The notes: generated from the letters alone by a model not told the origin. A stretch of 63,594 nt of DNA, filler included, from Octopus bimaculoides (GCF_001194135.2; 10 parts of 7 records of this genome joined end to end with filler, not necessarily neighbours in it); one strand, 5' to 3'; counted from the whole stretch's first letter, positions 39,352 to 52,470 are shown. Numbers and translations: made by a program.

Positions 39352-39612
39352 NNNNNNNNNNNNNNNNNNNNNNNNNNNNNNNNNNNNNNNNNNNNTTAAT
39401 TAATTAANNNNNNNNNNNNNNNNNNNNNNNNNNNNNNNNNNNNNNNNNNNNTTATTTGTTGTTGAAGTCAAACTGTCGCTCTCTTACTGGTTGTGGCAAT
39501 AAATTTCAATCGGGGTGTGTTGAACCCCAAATCTGCTTACGATTTGGAGAAGCTCGATCGACGACGACGTCGACGACAACAACAACAACAAGTACTACTG
39601 CTCAACAAATAG

Positions 39613-39672
<60 letters not shown>

Positions 39673-41852
39673 GAGAAAATACACAGATACATACAGACAC
39701 ACACGTATACATAGACATGTGTATGTATATATGTATATGTATGTGTATGTAAATATTCATGTGTGTATGTGTTTATGTAGAAATATAAGAACAAAGAAAT
39801 AAATCAGTTAATAATTACATTCGTTAATTCCAAAAATAGACATAATCTCTGACAGCTGTTTCGATTCAAACTTTAGAAATAAATTAAAATAATTAAGTCA
39901 TTATAAAGTTGAATCTCGTCGGAGGTAGAAGAAAGATATAACATTTTTGTATTTTTATATGTTAAATGTACGAAGCATACCAACTTACTGAGTATTATAG
40001 AAAAACATGGTATAAAGCTTATAAAGGGGTGGGGAAGGTAGTATGTTTAGAGAAGTAAGTATAAAAATAATATAATATGCATCGGGAAAACATTAAAAGT
40101 ATAAAATTATGAAAAGAAGAAAAATAGTAATAAACCGTATATTTGAACAGTATATTTAAGTATCAAATAAATGTAATGGTAAATGTATTTATAAGAATTT
40201 AAGTAATATAATATATTCATATACGCTTGGATATGAATGTACTTGTGTGTGTATATGTGTCAGTCTATATATCTGCATGTATATCTATGTGTATGTCTGT
40301 GTGTATTTAAGCATAATGAATGGAAGTTTTTTTCTGAAAATGAAATAAGATAGAAACATGGCCGAATTTTTCATTAGAGCTTCGCGGAGCTAGTCTTAAT
40401 TTTGGACTTCCTGTTGGGCATTATCTCACTAAGAATAGATGAAGTCAGTCAGAAGTCTGTGAAAAGAAGTCGACAGACAACTGTGTTGTAATTGTTTCAT
40501 CAAACGAGATTCCAATATTTCATTAAAGACGAAATAATTATCGGAAGCTACTTAGTAGAATGTTATTTGGCATGGAATACTTTTTTTGTCAAACACATTC
40601 GTAAATGCGCACACACACACACCCACACCGACACAAACCCACATAGACGTGCGCATGCATACGCGCACACCCATTCATATCTACATTTACACACACACAG
40701 ACACACACACACGTGCACATACACACACACACGTGCACATACACACACACACGTGCACATACACACACAACACACACACATATATCTATATACATACATG
40801 TATAGTTAGATATCGTATAATTTCATACANNNNNNNNNNNNNNNNNNNNNNNNNNNNNNNNNNNNNNNNNNNNNNNNNNNNNNNNNNNNNNNNNNNNNNN
40901 NNNNNNNNNNNNNNNNNNNNNNNNNNNNNNNNNNNNNNNNNNNNNNNNNNNNNNNNNNNNNNNNNNNNNNNNNNNNNNNNNNNNNNNNNNNNNNNNNNNN
41001 NNNNNNNNNNNNNNNNNNNNNNNNNNNNNNNNNNNNNNNNNNNNNNNNNNNNNNNNNNNNNNNNNNNNNNNNNNNNNNNNNNNNNNNNNNNNNNNNNNNN
41101 NNNNNNNNNNNNNNNNNNNNNNNNNNNNNNNNNNNNNNNNNNNNNNNNNNNNNNNNNNNNNNNNNNNNNNNNNNNNNNATATATATATCTTCAAAGTTAA
41201 TCATACAAATATTACGCACATAAATGTCTGTATAATCTACCTGTGTATATGAATAAGTTCAGCTAAATAAATTACTTTTAAATATGAGAAAACACACACA
41301 CACACACACAAGCACACACAGAAATACCCCCATTCATGCATACATCCATACACTCACACACGGTTAACGATGCAATAGAATGAACGATCGAATGACTTTC
41401 ATACCCAAGGGATCAACGAAATATCGTTTGCGATCTATGAATTACTGATCAGCGTATTGCATAGAGAGAATTGATTACTAGTATGTACACATCAGCATTG
41501 AGTGTGCGTCTGTTTATATAATGAAATAACTATAGAACTGATACTTGATGTGTGTGTACAAACAAATATTCAGTGTGGCACCTGAATACAACTTGGTTAA
41601 ACTACACAGCTTTCTCCGCAGGACAAAAACTCCAAGAACAGTTTTTTTCACTGCTTTATCTCACTGTAGGAGGAACACAAGCAGATCTTCTTGATAAAGG
41701 GATATCATGCTGACGGAACTAGATGAGCAGTTCTCAGGATCGCACTGTTGGAAGAGCCTTGAGGTTGAATGCGTGACTCAATTAATGTTGAACTTCAACG
41801 GCTGAACCTATCCGCTATGCATGCATACACACATCTATAGTATGTATGTATG

Positions 41853-41898
<46 letters not shown>

Positions 41899-42448
41899 TA
41901 ATTAAGATTCAGTTGAAGCACCAAGTTAGTCCGGTAATATCCGCAAAGCTTGAAGTAAAGTGAATAAAATCAACATAAGGAACAGGATGTCTAATAATAA
42001 TGCAGCACGACCGTTTTAAGGGGATCCATTTAATTGAACAATGCAATCATTGCATTAATTTACTTAATTCCTCCAGACACAATTCTTCATTTTTTCCTTC
42101 GCCGCGTCTGAGTAATTCTTTGTCTCTATTTTTCGTCGATTCTATCTAAACATTTCACCAATTCTTCCTCAGACTACAAAAAGTGCGAAAAAGGGTAGTT
42201 CCCAAAGTCTGAATAATTCAAGCCTTCACATCTCCTCACCCAATGCCCCTCCATTAAACAAGAGGAAAAACGTCTCACCGACTAGATAACCCAAAAATAC
42301 GTGTTACCCTCAAAATCCACAATCCAACTGACAAATGCTATACCGGAAGCAAACTTCTTACCACACAGCCACATTTGCACCTATAAAAACGTTAGATCTC
42401 ACCGAAAGATTTGCTTTCCTGTCTTAGAAATGTAAACCAGTAAACATA

Positions 42449-42605
42449 GGCGCAGGCATGACTATGTTGTAAGAAGTTTACTTCCCAACCACATGGTTCC
42501 GGGTTCAGTCCCACTGTGTGGCACCTTGGGCAAGTGTCCTCTACTGTAGTCTCAGACAAATCGAAACGCTGTGAGTGAATTTGATTAATCGAAACTGAAA
42601 GAAGC

Positions 42606-42644
<39 letters not shown>

Positions 42645-42840
42645 TATCATTGTGTCCCACCATCGTTTGACAACCGGTGTTGTTGTGTTTAAGTCCTCGT
42701 AAGTTAGCAGTTCGGTAAAAGTGACCGATGGAATAAGTGTTAGGCTTAAAAAACAGTACCGGGGACGATTCATTCGACTGAAAATTCTTCAAGGCGGTAC
42801 TCCAGCACAGCCGCAGTATAATGGCCGAAACAAGTAAAAC
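42449..42840 (+). mobile_element. SINE family B, near full-length
   Basis: Matches 23270-23680 from head to tail. Confidence 0.9.
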
Positions 42841-42951
42841 GAATACTTCCCGTTAGATTCTTGGTTTCCGATCAATAAACATAGTTTAAAACGTAATAGA
42901 CTTCCTCTACTGGGAGTGCCCTAGGGCTAAACAAAAACGACAGTAAACAAT

Positions 42952-42983
<32 letters not shown>

Positions 42984-43039
42984 CTGCACAATGCCGTCTT
43001 ATTTTGCCAAGCGCTTTCCTTTGCACTCTGTCAATTTTA

Positions 43040-43330
43040 CACTACAATGTCACGTGGTCAGATTATGTCATAGACTCTGACGCGTCTTTAAGTGTTTACT
43101 TCCGTCCACCATCTTAGCCTGTCCTTTACTGTCTTAGTCAGTAAAGGACAGAAAACTCTTGTTATTGTTGACTGGTTTTCTTTCTCCTCCCCCGTTTTTT
43201 TAAAAACAATTTTTCTAATTGTTAAGAAAGTAATGGAGAAAATATATTGTTTTAACAGAATGAAATATAATGATTACTATATTTAGCTGAAGTTGTCCGG
43301 AAGCAAGGTTCAAGCCGAAGCGAAGTACTT
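43040..43330. promoter_or_regulatory. Candidate housekeeping-type promoter region
   Basis: Cluster of CACGTG (43051), TGACGCG (43078), ACTTCCG (43098), CCATCTT (43109, YY1-like) and CCGGAAG (43297) in unique, CpG-containing DNA. Confidence 0.3.
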
Positions 43331-43437
43331 GAGAAATAAACGAGTCATTTTCCTTATAAATTAACCACCTTCTATTAGTTCGCCTAATTTCAGTCTGTAC
43401 AATTAAATTAGTTAAAGGAGGGTACTACTGCCAATCT

Positions 43438-43468
<31 letters not shown>

Positions 43469-43959
43469 AGAGCGATAGGGTAACACGAAATTTGCATGGC
43501 ACATTTCAAGATGTTATAAGTATACACACCCTCTCCTCTATAGATGCATGCACACACACACACACACACACACGCACACACAACGTGTATGAGTGATTGT
43601 GTGTACCTATGTATGTATCTATGTACGCACGTGTATATGCGTTTTTCTGCGTATAATACCAAAATATAAACATTGTGTTTTGTAGATAGAAGTAAAAGAA
43701 AAATTGTGTGAAATATATAAATAGCGGTGCTTAAGGCGTTACAAATGGGTTGGTTGAGTAATATTTGTATTTGAAGTTGTTGTGAAAACGCTAATGGTGG
43801 GTGGAAGAGGTCTTGACACGTTCTACACACAAGGGTACCAATTTCTACACACAAGGGTCCCCATCAATTTATACATCTCGCTCGATATGACACAATACGA
43901 GAATACAACAGATGGAGTCTGTATGCGCTAGAAATAGCAGTCAAATCTCCTTAGGTATT

Positions 43960-44100
43960 GTGTAGTAAGGAGTCTGCTTTCCAATCACATGGTTTCAAGT
44001 TCAGTCCCACTGCGTGTCACCTTCGGCGAGTATCTTTTACTATGGCCTCGGGCTGACCTAAACCCTGTGAGTGGATCTGGTGGACGGAAGATTCCCATTA
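43960..44100 (+). mobile_element. SINE family B 5' half
   Basis: gttcagtcccactgcgtgtcaccttcggcgagtatc...gtgagtggatctggtggacggaag. Confidence 0.85.
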
Positions 44101-44117
44101 TATATATATATATACAT

Positions 44118-44162
<45 letters not shown>

Positions 44163-44724
44163 NNNNNNNNNNNNNNNNNNNNNNNNNNNNNNNNNNNNNN
44201 NNNNNNNNNNNNNNNNNNNNNNNNNNNNNNNNNNNNNNNNNNNNNNNNNNNNNNNNNNNNNNNNNNNNNNNNNNNNNNNNNNNNNNNNNNNNNNNNNNNN
44301 NNNNNNNNNNNNNNNNNNNNNNNNNNNNNNNNNNNNNNNNNNNNNNNNNNNNNNNNNNNNNNNNNNNNNNNNNNNNNNNNNNNNNNNNNNNNNNNNNNNN
44401 NNNNNNNNNNNNNNNNNNNNNNNNNNNNNNNNNNNNNNNNNNNNNNNNNNNNNNNNNNNNNNNNNNNNNNNNNNNNNNNNNNNNNNNNNNNNNNNNNNNN
44501 NNNNNNNNNNNNNNNNNNNNNNNNNNNNNNNNNNNNNNNNNNNNNNNNNNNNNNNNNNNNNNNNNNNNNNNNNNNNNNNNNNNNNNNNNNNNNNNNNNNN
44601 NNNNNNNNNNNNNNNNNNNNNNNNNNNNNNNNNNNNNNNNNNNNNNNNNNNNNNNNNNNNNNNNNNNNNNNNNNNNNNNNNNNNNNNNNNNNNNNNNNNN
44701 NNNNNNNNNNNNNNNNNNNNNNNN

Positions 44725-45100
44725 TATACATTCGTCCTCAGCCAGCTGGATTACTGCTCCCAGCTATGGTCACCCAACAGTGTAAAATTAATAGCGGACC
44801 TTGAAGCAATCCAGAGAAGATTGTCTCTTTGCAACACCTCAGCTACTGGGAAAGGCTGAAACAGCTAAGACTCTACTCCCTGGAGCGAAGGCGGGAGAGG
44901 TATGCAGTAATATACATCTGGAAGATCCTGGAAGGAATTGTGCCAAATTTTGGCACTGAAAGCTACACCAATGCCAAAACGGGTCGACACTGCAGAGTAC
45001 CAAAGGACCAGTTACTGCAATAATCTGGGTTTCAGGAACCCACAGCTTTTTAATATCCTCCCAAAGAGCCTGAGAAACCTGCACAAAGTTGATGTAGGTG
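44725..45100 (+). mobile_element. CR1/L2-group LINE ORF2 fragment
   Basis: LDYCSQLWSPNSVKLIADLEAIQRR / LSYWERLKQLRLYSLERRRERYAVIYIWKILEG; frameshifted. Confidence 0.9.
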
Positions 45101-45265
45101 TGTTTACGTCCCCGTAACATAACAGTTCAGCAAATGAGTCCGTTAAAATAAGTACCAGGTTTGATAAAAAATGATGAGTATTGGGGTCGATTCATTCGAT
45201 TAAACCAAATTATTCGAAGTGTTGCCCCAGCATGGCAACAGTCTAATGACTGAAACAATTAAAAG
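45095..45265 (+). mobile_element. SINE family B 3' half fused to the LINE fragment
   Basis: ggtgtgtttacgtccccgtaac...gccccagcatggcaacagtctaatgactgaaac. Confidence 0.85.
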
Positions 45266-45614
45266 ATGACAGAAGAGATAAAATTATTTGATGAAAGGAT
45301 ACGGTCAGTAGACTACATTTAGTGTTTCTTTGCTCGTTCCGGCGTAAATCGGTGTAACGATCATAGTGTTCTTCAATGAAAAGATGACCTAGGACTAAAA
45401 AACAACAACAACGACGATGACAAAGACAATGACGAACGGCGACAGCAACAACAACACCAACACCATCTGTCTCTTATTTCAAAATAACTTCATGATTGTT
45501 GACACCGGATATGAGAGATTTCCTCTCATATTATACTCTCACGTACCGCTGATATATACATACATATATATATATACTTATATATATANNNNNNNNNNAT
45601 ATATATATATATAT

Positions 45615-45812
45615 GTACATACATAAGGACATACATATATACGTATATATACATACACACATACGTATATAGATATATATGTACATACATAAGGACATAC
45701 ATATATATGTATATATACATACACACATACGTATATAGATATATATGTATATACATAAGGACATACATATATATGTATATATACATACACACATACGTAT
45801 ATAGATATATAT
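45615..45812. repeat. 66-bp minisatellite, 3 copies
   Basis: Unit begins gtacatacataaggac at 45615, 45681 and 45747. Confidence 0.9.
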
Positions 45813-45859
45813 GTCCTTATATATGTATATATTTATATGTATATATCTATATGTATATA

Positions 45860-45890
<31 letters not shown>

Positions 45891-46110
45891 ATGTGTACAC
45901 ACGAGCACACTTTGCACCCACACACTATTAAGTGCTTTTGTCCGTAATGGTGCCACTGTTAGCACAATGAAACCTCTCCCCATTTCACAGTCAGAGAAAC
46001 GCCAAGTGATATACGTACTACTTATATTCTACGTCACACATATACACTGACACACACTCAAACGTACCGAAGCACATCTAGCAAACACACACACACACAC
46101 ACACACGCAC

Positions 46111-46157
<47 letters not shown>

Positions 46158-46349
46158 TTATTTTGTTGTTACACTTTCACTAGTCTCCGTCGTTAAACTG
46201 CGACCATGCTGGGGCACCACATCTAAAGGTTTAAGTCAAAAATATCCTCNNNNNNNNNNNNNNNNNNNNNNNNNNNNNNNNNNNNNNNNNNNNTTAATTA
46301 ATTAANNNNNNNNNNNNNNNNNNNNNNNNNNNNNNNNNNNNNNNNNNNN

Positions 46350-46389
<40 letters not shown>

Positions 46390-46525
46390 GCGTGTGTGTG
46401 TGTACTCAGGGTGCGATGGGTAAATCGTCGCTATTTTATACCTTTGATTTCTCGCATGCGCATTGTTTTTTATTTGGTCGACTACACAGTATATTAAGCT
46501 ACAATACGAACATTTGGACGCGCTG

Positions 46526-46595
<70 letters not shown>

Positions 46596-48140
46596 GACAT
46601 ACAGAGAAATACGTCTGCATCTATATGTATCAGTTTGTATGTGTGCGCCATTTTGTTTGTGTTTGTCTCCTTCCACCATTTGAAAACCGGTGTGGCTATA
46701 TTTATAGTAAGAGATCGATAAAACACGTACCAGAGTTACTAAAAAGAATTCATACCGGGTTCGATTTGTTCGACTAAAACCCAACATGGGCACGGTTTTT
46801 AAAGTAAAAAAAAGACAGAATTAAAAAAAATAATGGGTTAACTATGTTATTTTATGGTTTTAAGATCGTGCATGAGATCTGCAGAAATATGTTTTCTTGT
46901 ACCACTCAGCAAACCACTGATATCGCCGACCACAGGCATACGCACTCGGAATTAAAAGAAAGACACACATCACCATACATATATCTTAGCACATAAAACA
47001 ATTGCACACATATACACGCACTCAATAACATATATACAAACATAATATAAGCATAAATATACGCATCCATATGTACATGTATACACATACAAAACACGTA
47101 CAGACACTTGCACACACAAATATGCACACATTTTCTTCCAAGACATATAAACATCTACACTCACATCTACATGTATGTGCGTGTATGTATGTGTGCGCGA
47201 ATATGTATATATATCTATCTATCTATCTATATATATNNNNNNNNNNNNNNNNNNNNNNNNNNNNNNNNNNNNNNNNNNNNNNNNNNNNNNNNNNNNNNNN
47301 NNNNNNNNNNNNNNNNNNNNNNNNNNNNNNNNNNNNNNNNNNNNNNNNNNNNNNNNNNNNNNNNNNNNNNNNNNNNNNNNNNNNNNNNNNNNNNNNNNNN
47401 NNNNNNNNNNNNNNNNNNNNNNNNNNNNNNNNNNNNNNNNNNNNNNNNNNNNNNNNNNNNNNNNNNNNNNNNNNNNNNNNNNNNNNNNNNNNNNNNNNNN
47501 NNNNNNNNNNNNNNNNNNNNNNNNNNNNNNNNNNNNNNNNNNNNNNNNNNNNNNNNNNNNNNNNNNNNNNNNNNNNNNNNNNNNNNNNNNNNNNNNNNNN
47601 NNNNNNNNNNNNNNNNNNNNNNNNNNNNNNNNNNNNNNNNNNNNNNNNNNNNNNNNNNNNNNNNNNNNNNNNNNNNNNNNNNNNNNNNNNNNNNNNNNNN
47701 NNNNNNNNNNNNNNNNNNNNNNNNNNNNNNNNNNNNNNNNNNNNNNNNNNNNNNNNNNNNNNNNNNNNNNNNNNNNNNNNNNNNNNNNNNNNNNTAGTCC
47801 CGTATGAAGGGTTACGGTTTAACCATCCAACTTAGAGGCATCAATATAAAATATACAGATATAGGGCAGGGAATCGTCAATTAGTAATAAAATTAATAAT
47901 TAACAATTTTGCCAAGTAGTTCAGTATGAAAAAACCTTTATCGGTAAAACCATTTATAATCATGAATATACAGGGATTAGCATGAGTTGCTTCTCCAACA
48001 TACTGAGAATTTAGAAATAGCAGTCAAAGAACTACTGATTCCAAACTACAAATTTTTTTTCTCTAACGGATGGCGATATTTATGGCACACACAGAACAAA
48101 AAACAGAAGAGAAAAGCAAAAACAAACCTGCCTTTACTTA

Positions 48141-48203
48141 ATTGGGTACGACGTTTCACGTTTAAGAGTATGAAGTTACCCTATTCCGATCTTCAGCCAC
48201 AAT
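48141..48203 (-). ncRNA. Type I hammerhead ribozyme candidate
   Basis: Minus strand: AUUG(U)GG-CUGAAGA-U-CG..AGGGUA-acuuca-UACUCU..CG-U-GAAA-CGUCG-UA-CCCAAU. Stem I has 6 bp with one bulge; stem III is ACGUCGU. Confidence 0.5.
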
Positions 48204-49049
48204 ATTCGAATAAATTTGAAAGTGTCTAATAAAAACTCATGTGAATTTTAACCATGCGACATCAAGACCACGTCAGGCAGGCACTTACGAAATTTATCAG
48301 ACACATACATACATACATACATACATACATACATACATACATACATACATGATGGGCTTGGAAGTAGTGGTGATGCTGGTTGGTGCGATTTTGTGGTTTG
48401 CTGGTATGCCGACAGAGATCTAGCGCACAATCATACACTGACTGGAATTGTTTGAGTTGAGAAATTGATATCCAATATTTGCTGTGTGTATCTGCTAATT
48501 TAAGTATCTACTATATTTCTCACTCTCTCTTTCACTTCCTCTGTGTCCCTCTTCTCTCTCGCTTTTGATTTAACAATATGTATATGCATCTATGTATCTA
48601 CATCTCTTGCGATGAACGCTATCACCACTCACTGTCTCTTTCACTCTGTCTCTTTCTTTCTATCTCACTTCTTTTTCTCTCTCTCTCTATCTCACTCTCT
48701 TTCTTTCTCTCTTACTTCCTCTCTGAAACATTTCAAAACACAAAACGAACGCCGTCACAATTTACTGCCTCTTTCACTCCCTCTCTTTCTCTCTCACTCC
48801 TTCTCTCTCTCTCTCTCTCTCTCCTCTTTCTCTCTTACTTCCTCTCTGTCCTCCTCTCTCTCGCTTTGTCACTTCTTTGAAGTGTGACACACACCACAGG
48901 TACGTACAGAAACAAAAAGCGTATTAATATTATTGAAGGATGATGGATACATTATATATGCAAGCATTCATATAATTACGTATATACATATATTTACAAT
49001 ATATCTATGTGCACACGCATTCATGTGTATGTGTGTGTATTCTTTTGTT

Positions 49050-49270
49050 CTTTTACTTGTTTCTGTCATTTGAGTGCGGCCATGCAGGAGCACCGCCATA
49101 AAGGTTTTTAGTCGAAGAAATCAACTCCAGGGCGTATTCTTTGTAAGCTTAGTACTTATTCTATCGTCCCTTTTTGCCGAACCGCTATTTTACATGGACG
49201 TAAACACAAGCATCGGTTGTCAAGCGATGAGCGGAGGACAAACACAGACCCAAAGGCACACACAGAGACA
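49050..49270 (-). mobile_element. SINE family B 3' half
   Basis: Reverse complement of the family B tail; CpGs largely retained. Confidence 0.85.
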
Positions 49271-50609
49271 CACAAATGTATACATAACAGATCAAGAAAT
49301 GAAACGATAGAGAGATAGCTGTACGTCATTCTCTCGGTTGCCATAGTAGGTTCCAATGACAAGCATTGCAAGACGAGTGGTAACTATTTTGTTTTTATGT
49401 CAGACAAGCTTTCACTTAGAAGAGCTGCCATCCCCACGGCTTCGTCAAAAGTAACAGTAACGACCTCTAACCCTGGGAAATCTATTTACACCATATATGT
49501 GACCCTGACAGGTAATATCGTTCTGCGGTGATCCATGCTCCGCACAACTCCAGAACTCCCAAACTCGCTGCAGTTTAACACAATTCATGTATGCATATAT
49601 ATGTACTTATAAACAGACATACATGCATTCATAGACACGTACAAACAATACACACGTACATATGTACATACACACTTAAGACATACAAACACACAAGCAA
49701 ACATATGCATGGTACATACATGACATACAGACTGACAGACATATATACACATATATAGATGATTAGGACATACATACATTCATTCATGTATACATACATA
49801 TACGCTGTACATAGGTATATATTTACATATATACATAGATGCGTGCATGCATACATACATACATATACATATATATATATATATATNNNNNNNNNNNNNN
49901 NNNNNNNNNNNNNNNNNNNNNNNNNNNNNNTTAATTAATTAANNNNNNNNNNNNNNNNNNNNNNNNNNNNNNNNNNNNNNNNNNNNTATCCCCAAACCAT
50001 AAATCCTAAACTCTAACCCTGACCCTTAATTTTAATCCTAAAAAAAAAAAAATCACAGCCAGTAGAGTACACTGAAACGGAAAAGTGGGGGAGGGGGAAG
50101 AGAAAAGAGAAAGAAAAACGAAAAATATACTTTTGACATTTCTTTTTATTCACATCTCCAATGTTTGAAACTGAAATCCAAAGAAATTTTCAGAAAAAAA
50201 AAAAATGTTACAGTGAGAGGCTTAATTCAAAACTGCAAAAGAATGTTAGAATGTTGTGTTTGAGTTGCTTATCTTTATGACCTTGCTTCCAGAGAGTAAA
50301 TTCCTATGTGCCCCAAAGCCGCTGATAATGTTACTAAACAAAAGTTTTTGCTAGCAAGTCCATTTTATGGAATAGTAATGTCAAATTGGGCCACATACTT
50401 CTTCTTTGAAGTTTCTCCAGCTTCTTTACCTCTTTTCTCTATCCTTACCTTGAAGTTGTGTCCATCTTATGCCATCACGCTCTCAGCCTTCTCCCCACTT
50501 TCGTGATATATAAACCAGTGGTGGTCCACTTTTAGATTTGAACTGACCATCTGCTTAGCAATGAGGCTCCTCCTCCTCCTCCTCCTCCTCCTTCCTCTCT
50601 CACTCTCTC

Positions 50610-50875
50610 TCCCCTACTCTCTTTTGCTGAACCACTAAGGTATGGGGACATAAACGCACCAACATCGGTTGTCAAGCGATGGTGCGGGGACAAACACAGA
50701 CACACAAACATATATATATATATATACAATAGGCTTCTTTCAGTTTCTGTCTGCCAAATCCACTCACAAGGCTTTGGTCGGCCTGAGGCTATAGTAGAAG
50801 ACACTTGCTTAAAGTGCCACATAGTGGGATGGAACCCGGAACCATGTGGTTGGAAAGCAAGCTTCTAACCACTCA
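50610..50875 (-). mobile_element. SINE family B (3' truncated)
   Basis: ggcttctttcagtttctgtctgccaaatccactcacaaggctttggtcggcctgaggctatag. Confidence 0.85.
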
Positions 50876-51061
50876 TAGATATCTTCTTTCTCTTGCATTT
50901 TTCTTACCATGTTGATGTCAAGTGGGTACACACATGCACATGTGCACACACACACACACACACACATACACACACAGGCAAATGTATCAGCAGATAAGGA
51001 TATACACCACAGAAAGACCAAATAGGCTAAATAGGACAGGAGGTGACACATGGGATGGAGA

Positions 51062-51104
51062 GTCGCTGAAGAGGTCACAGGATATGTGATGAAAGATTTC
51101 AGAC
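51062..51104 (+). ncRNA. Hammerhead motif, same family as 32548-32590
   Basis: gtcg-CTGAAGA-g-GTCACA-ggata-TGTGAT-GAAA-gatttc-agac. Good 6-bp stem II; imperfect stem I. Confidence 0.45.
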
Positions 51105-51501
51105 AAAGGGTACTAAAATAAGAATAATAATAAAAATGAAGTGAAGGACGAGTATATAGTGCATATGGTTAATTGGCAAAAGAGAAAACGACCATCCTGT
51201 AATATAACTATATCTGTTTCAACATGCAATTTTCCACCAGGAATCTTACAAAGCAAATATGTAAATGTAATATCACATCAGTCATATATTAATTTGGCTG
51301 CTGTTTTTATTCATTCTTAGGTTTCACTAATAGTCTTTTGATTCTTGTCTCAATAAGTTTATTTGTTATTTTCCTTTATCACCCGTCTCTTGATTGTTCT
51401 ATGAAGGTAGTAGCTAGAGGACATTCTCTCACAGTTGACAAGAATGTAATCGATGTGTTTGGTTTGAATTCTGCATAACCTACTTTTGTTGTCAACTGAT
51501 G

Positions 51502-51559
<58 letters not shown>

Positions 51560-52049
51560 TTGTAGAAAGTAATTGGGAAGGATTTCTTGCTCATAAAGGG
51601 AAACTTCAAAGTGAGATGCTATAAATTTGTTGAAATTTCAAGCCAAGCTTTTAGAATGGTTTATTCTCCTTAGGGTTTATGTTGTTTGATTCATGTATTA
51701 CTGTACAACCTTCTCAGTGAACTGGTCTAGCTTTTGACATTGCTATAGTCTCAAATAGAATTTTCAGATTTCCTTTGTAAGAAACCTGTATTGGTTTATA
51801 TCTCATTTCTTAAGTTAATTAGTAATCCCTTGAGTGAGATAGTTGCTGATCCTATTTCTCTGCTGGATATATTGCATCTGTATTATAATCCAGGTCTCAT
51901 ATTGTTAAGACAGATTTGAGATCACATCTACCCCTCCTTGTGGGGAAATATAATCAGTCAACATTTCCATTAGTATATTTTTCATATTTGTGCTGCAACT
52001 GTACCTTATGTTTTAAGTTGTGTCAGGTAAAGAGCTTTCTATCTCTATT

Positions 52050-52470
52050 GTTTTGTTTCAGTCCCTGGACTGCAATGAAGCTGGGGCACTGCCTTGAAAT
52101 GCTTAGTTGAACAAATTGATTCCAATACTTATTTTTTTAAAACCTTATACTTATTCCATCAGTACATTTTTGCCAAACTGATAATTTATGGAGATATAAA
52201 CAAACCAACACCAATTTTCAAGTGATGGGGATGGAAAACACACGAGTGCACGCACGCACGCACGCACGCACACACACTCACACACACACACACACACATA
52301 CATACATGACAGGCTTCTTTCAGTTTCCATCTACCAGATCCACTTTCAAGGCTTTGACTGACCTGAGGCTATGACAGAAGACATTTGCTCAAGGTAACAT
52401 GCAGTGAGATTAAATCCATGACCACATGGCTGGGGAGTAAGCTACTTAACCACACAGCCATGTCTGTGCT
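52050..52470 (-). mobile_element. SINE family B, CpG-decayed
   Basis: Family B sequence with CG replaced by TG/CA throughout (e.g. gatggaaactgaaagaagcctgtcat on the minus strand). Confidence 0.85.

Noticed and set aside
43821-43858. 16-bp direct repeat ttctacacacaagggt, twice
   Set aside because: Only two units; a simple local slippage duplication.
49987-50045. Telomere-like (TAACCC)n
   Set aside because: Only a few highly degenerate units at a contig edge; not a real array.
50280-50560. Minus-strand interrupted frame (HESGEKAESVMA*DGHNFKVRIEKRGKEAGETSKKKYVAQFDITIP*)
   Set aside because: In-frame stops and no recognised family; possibly a transposon relic but unsupported.
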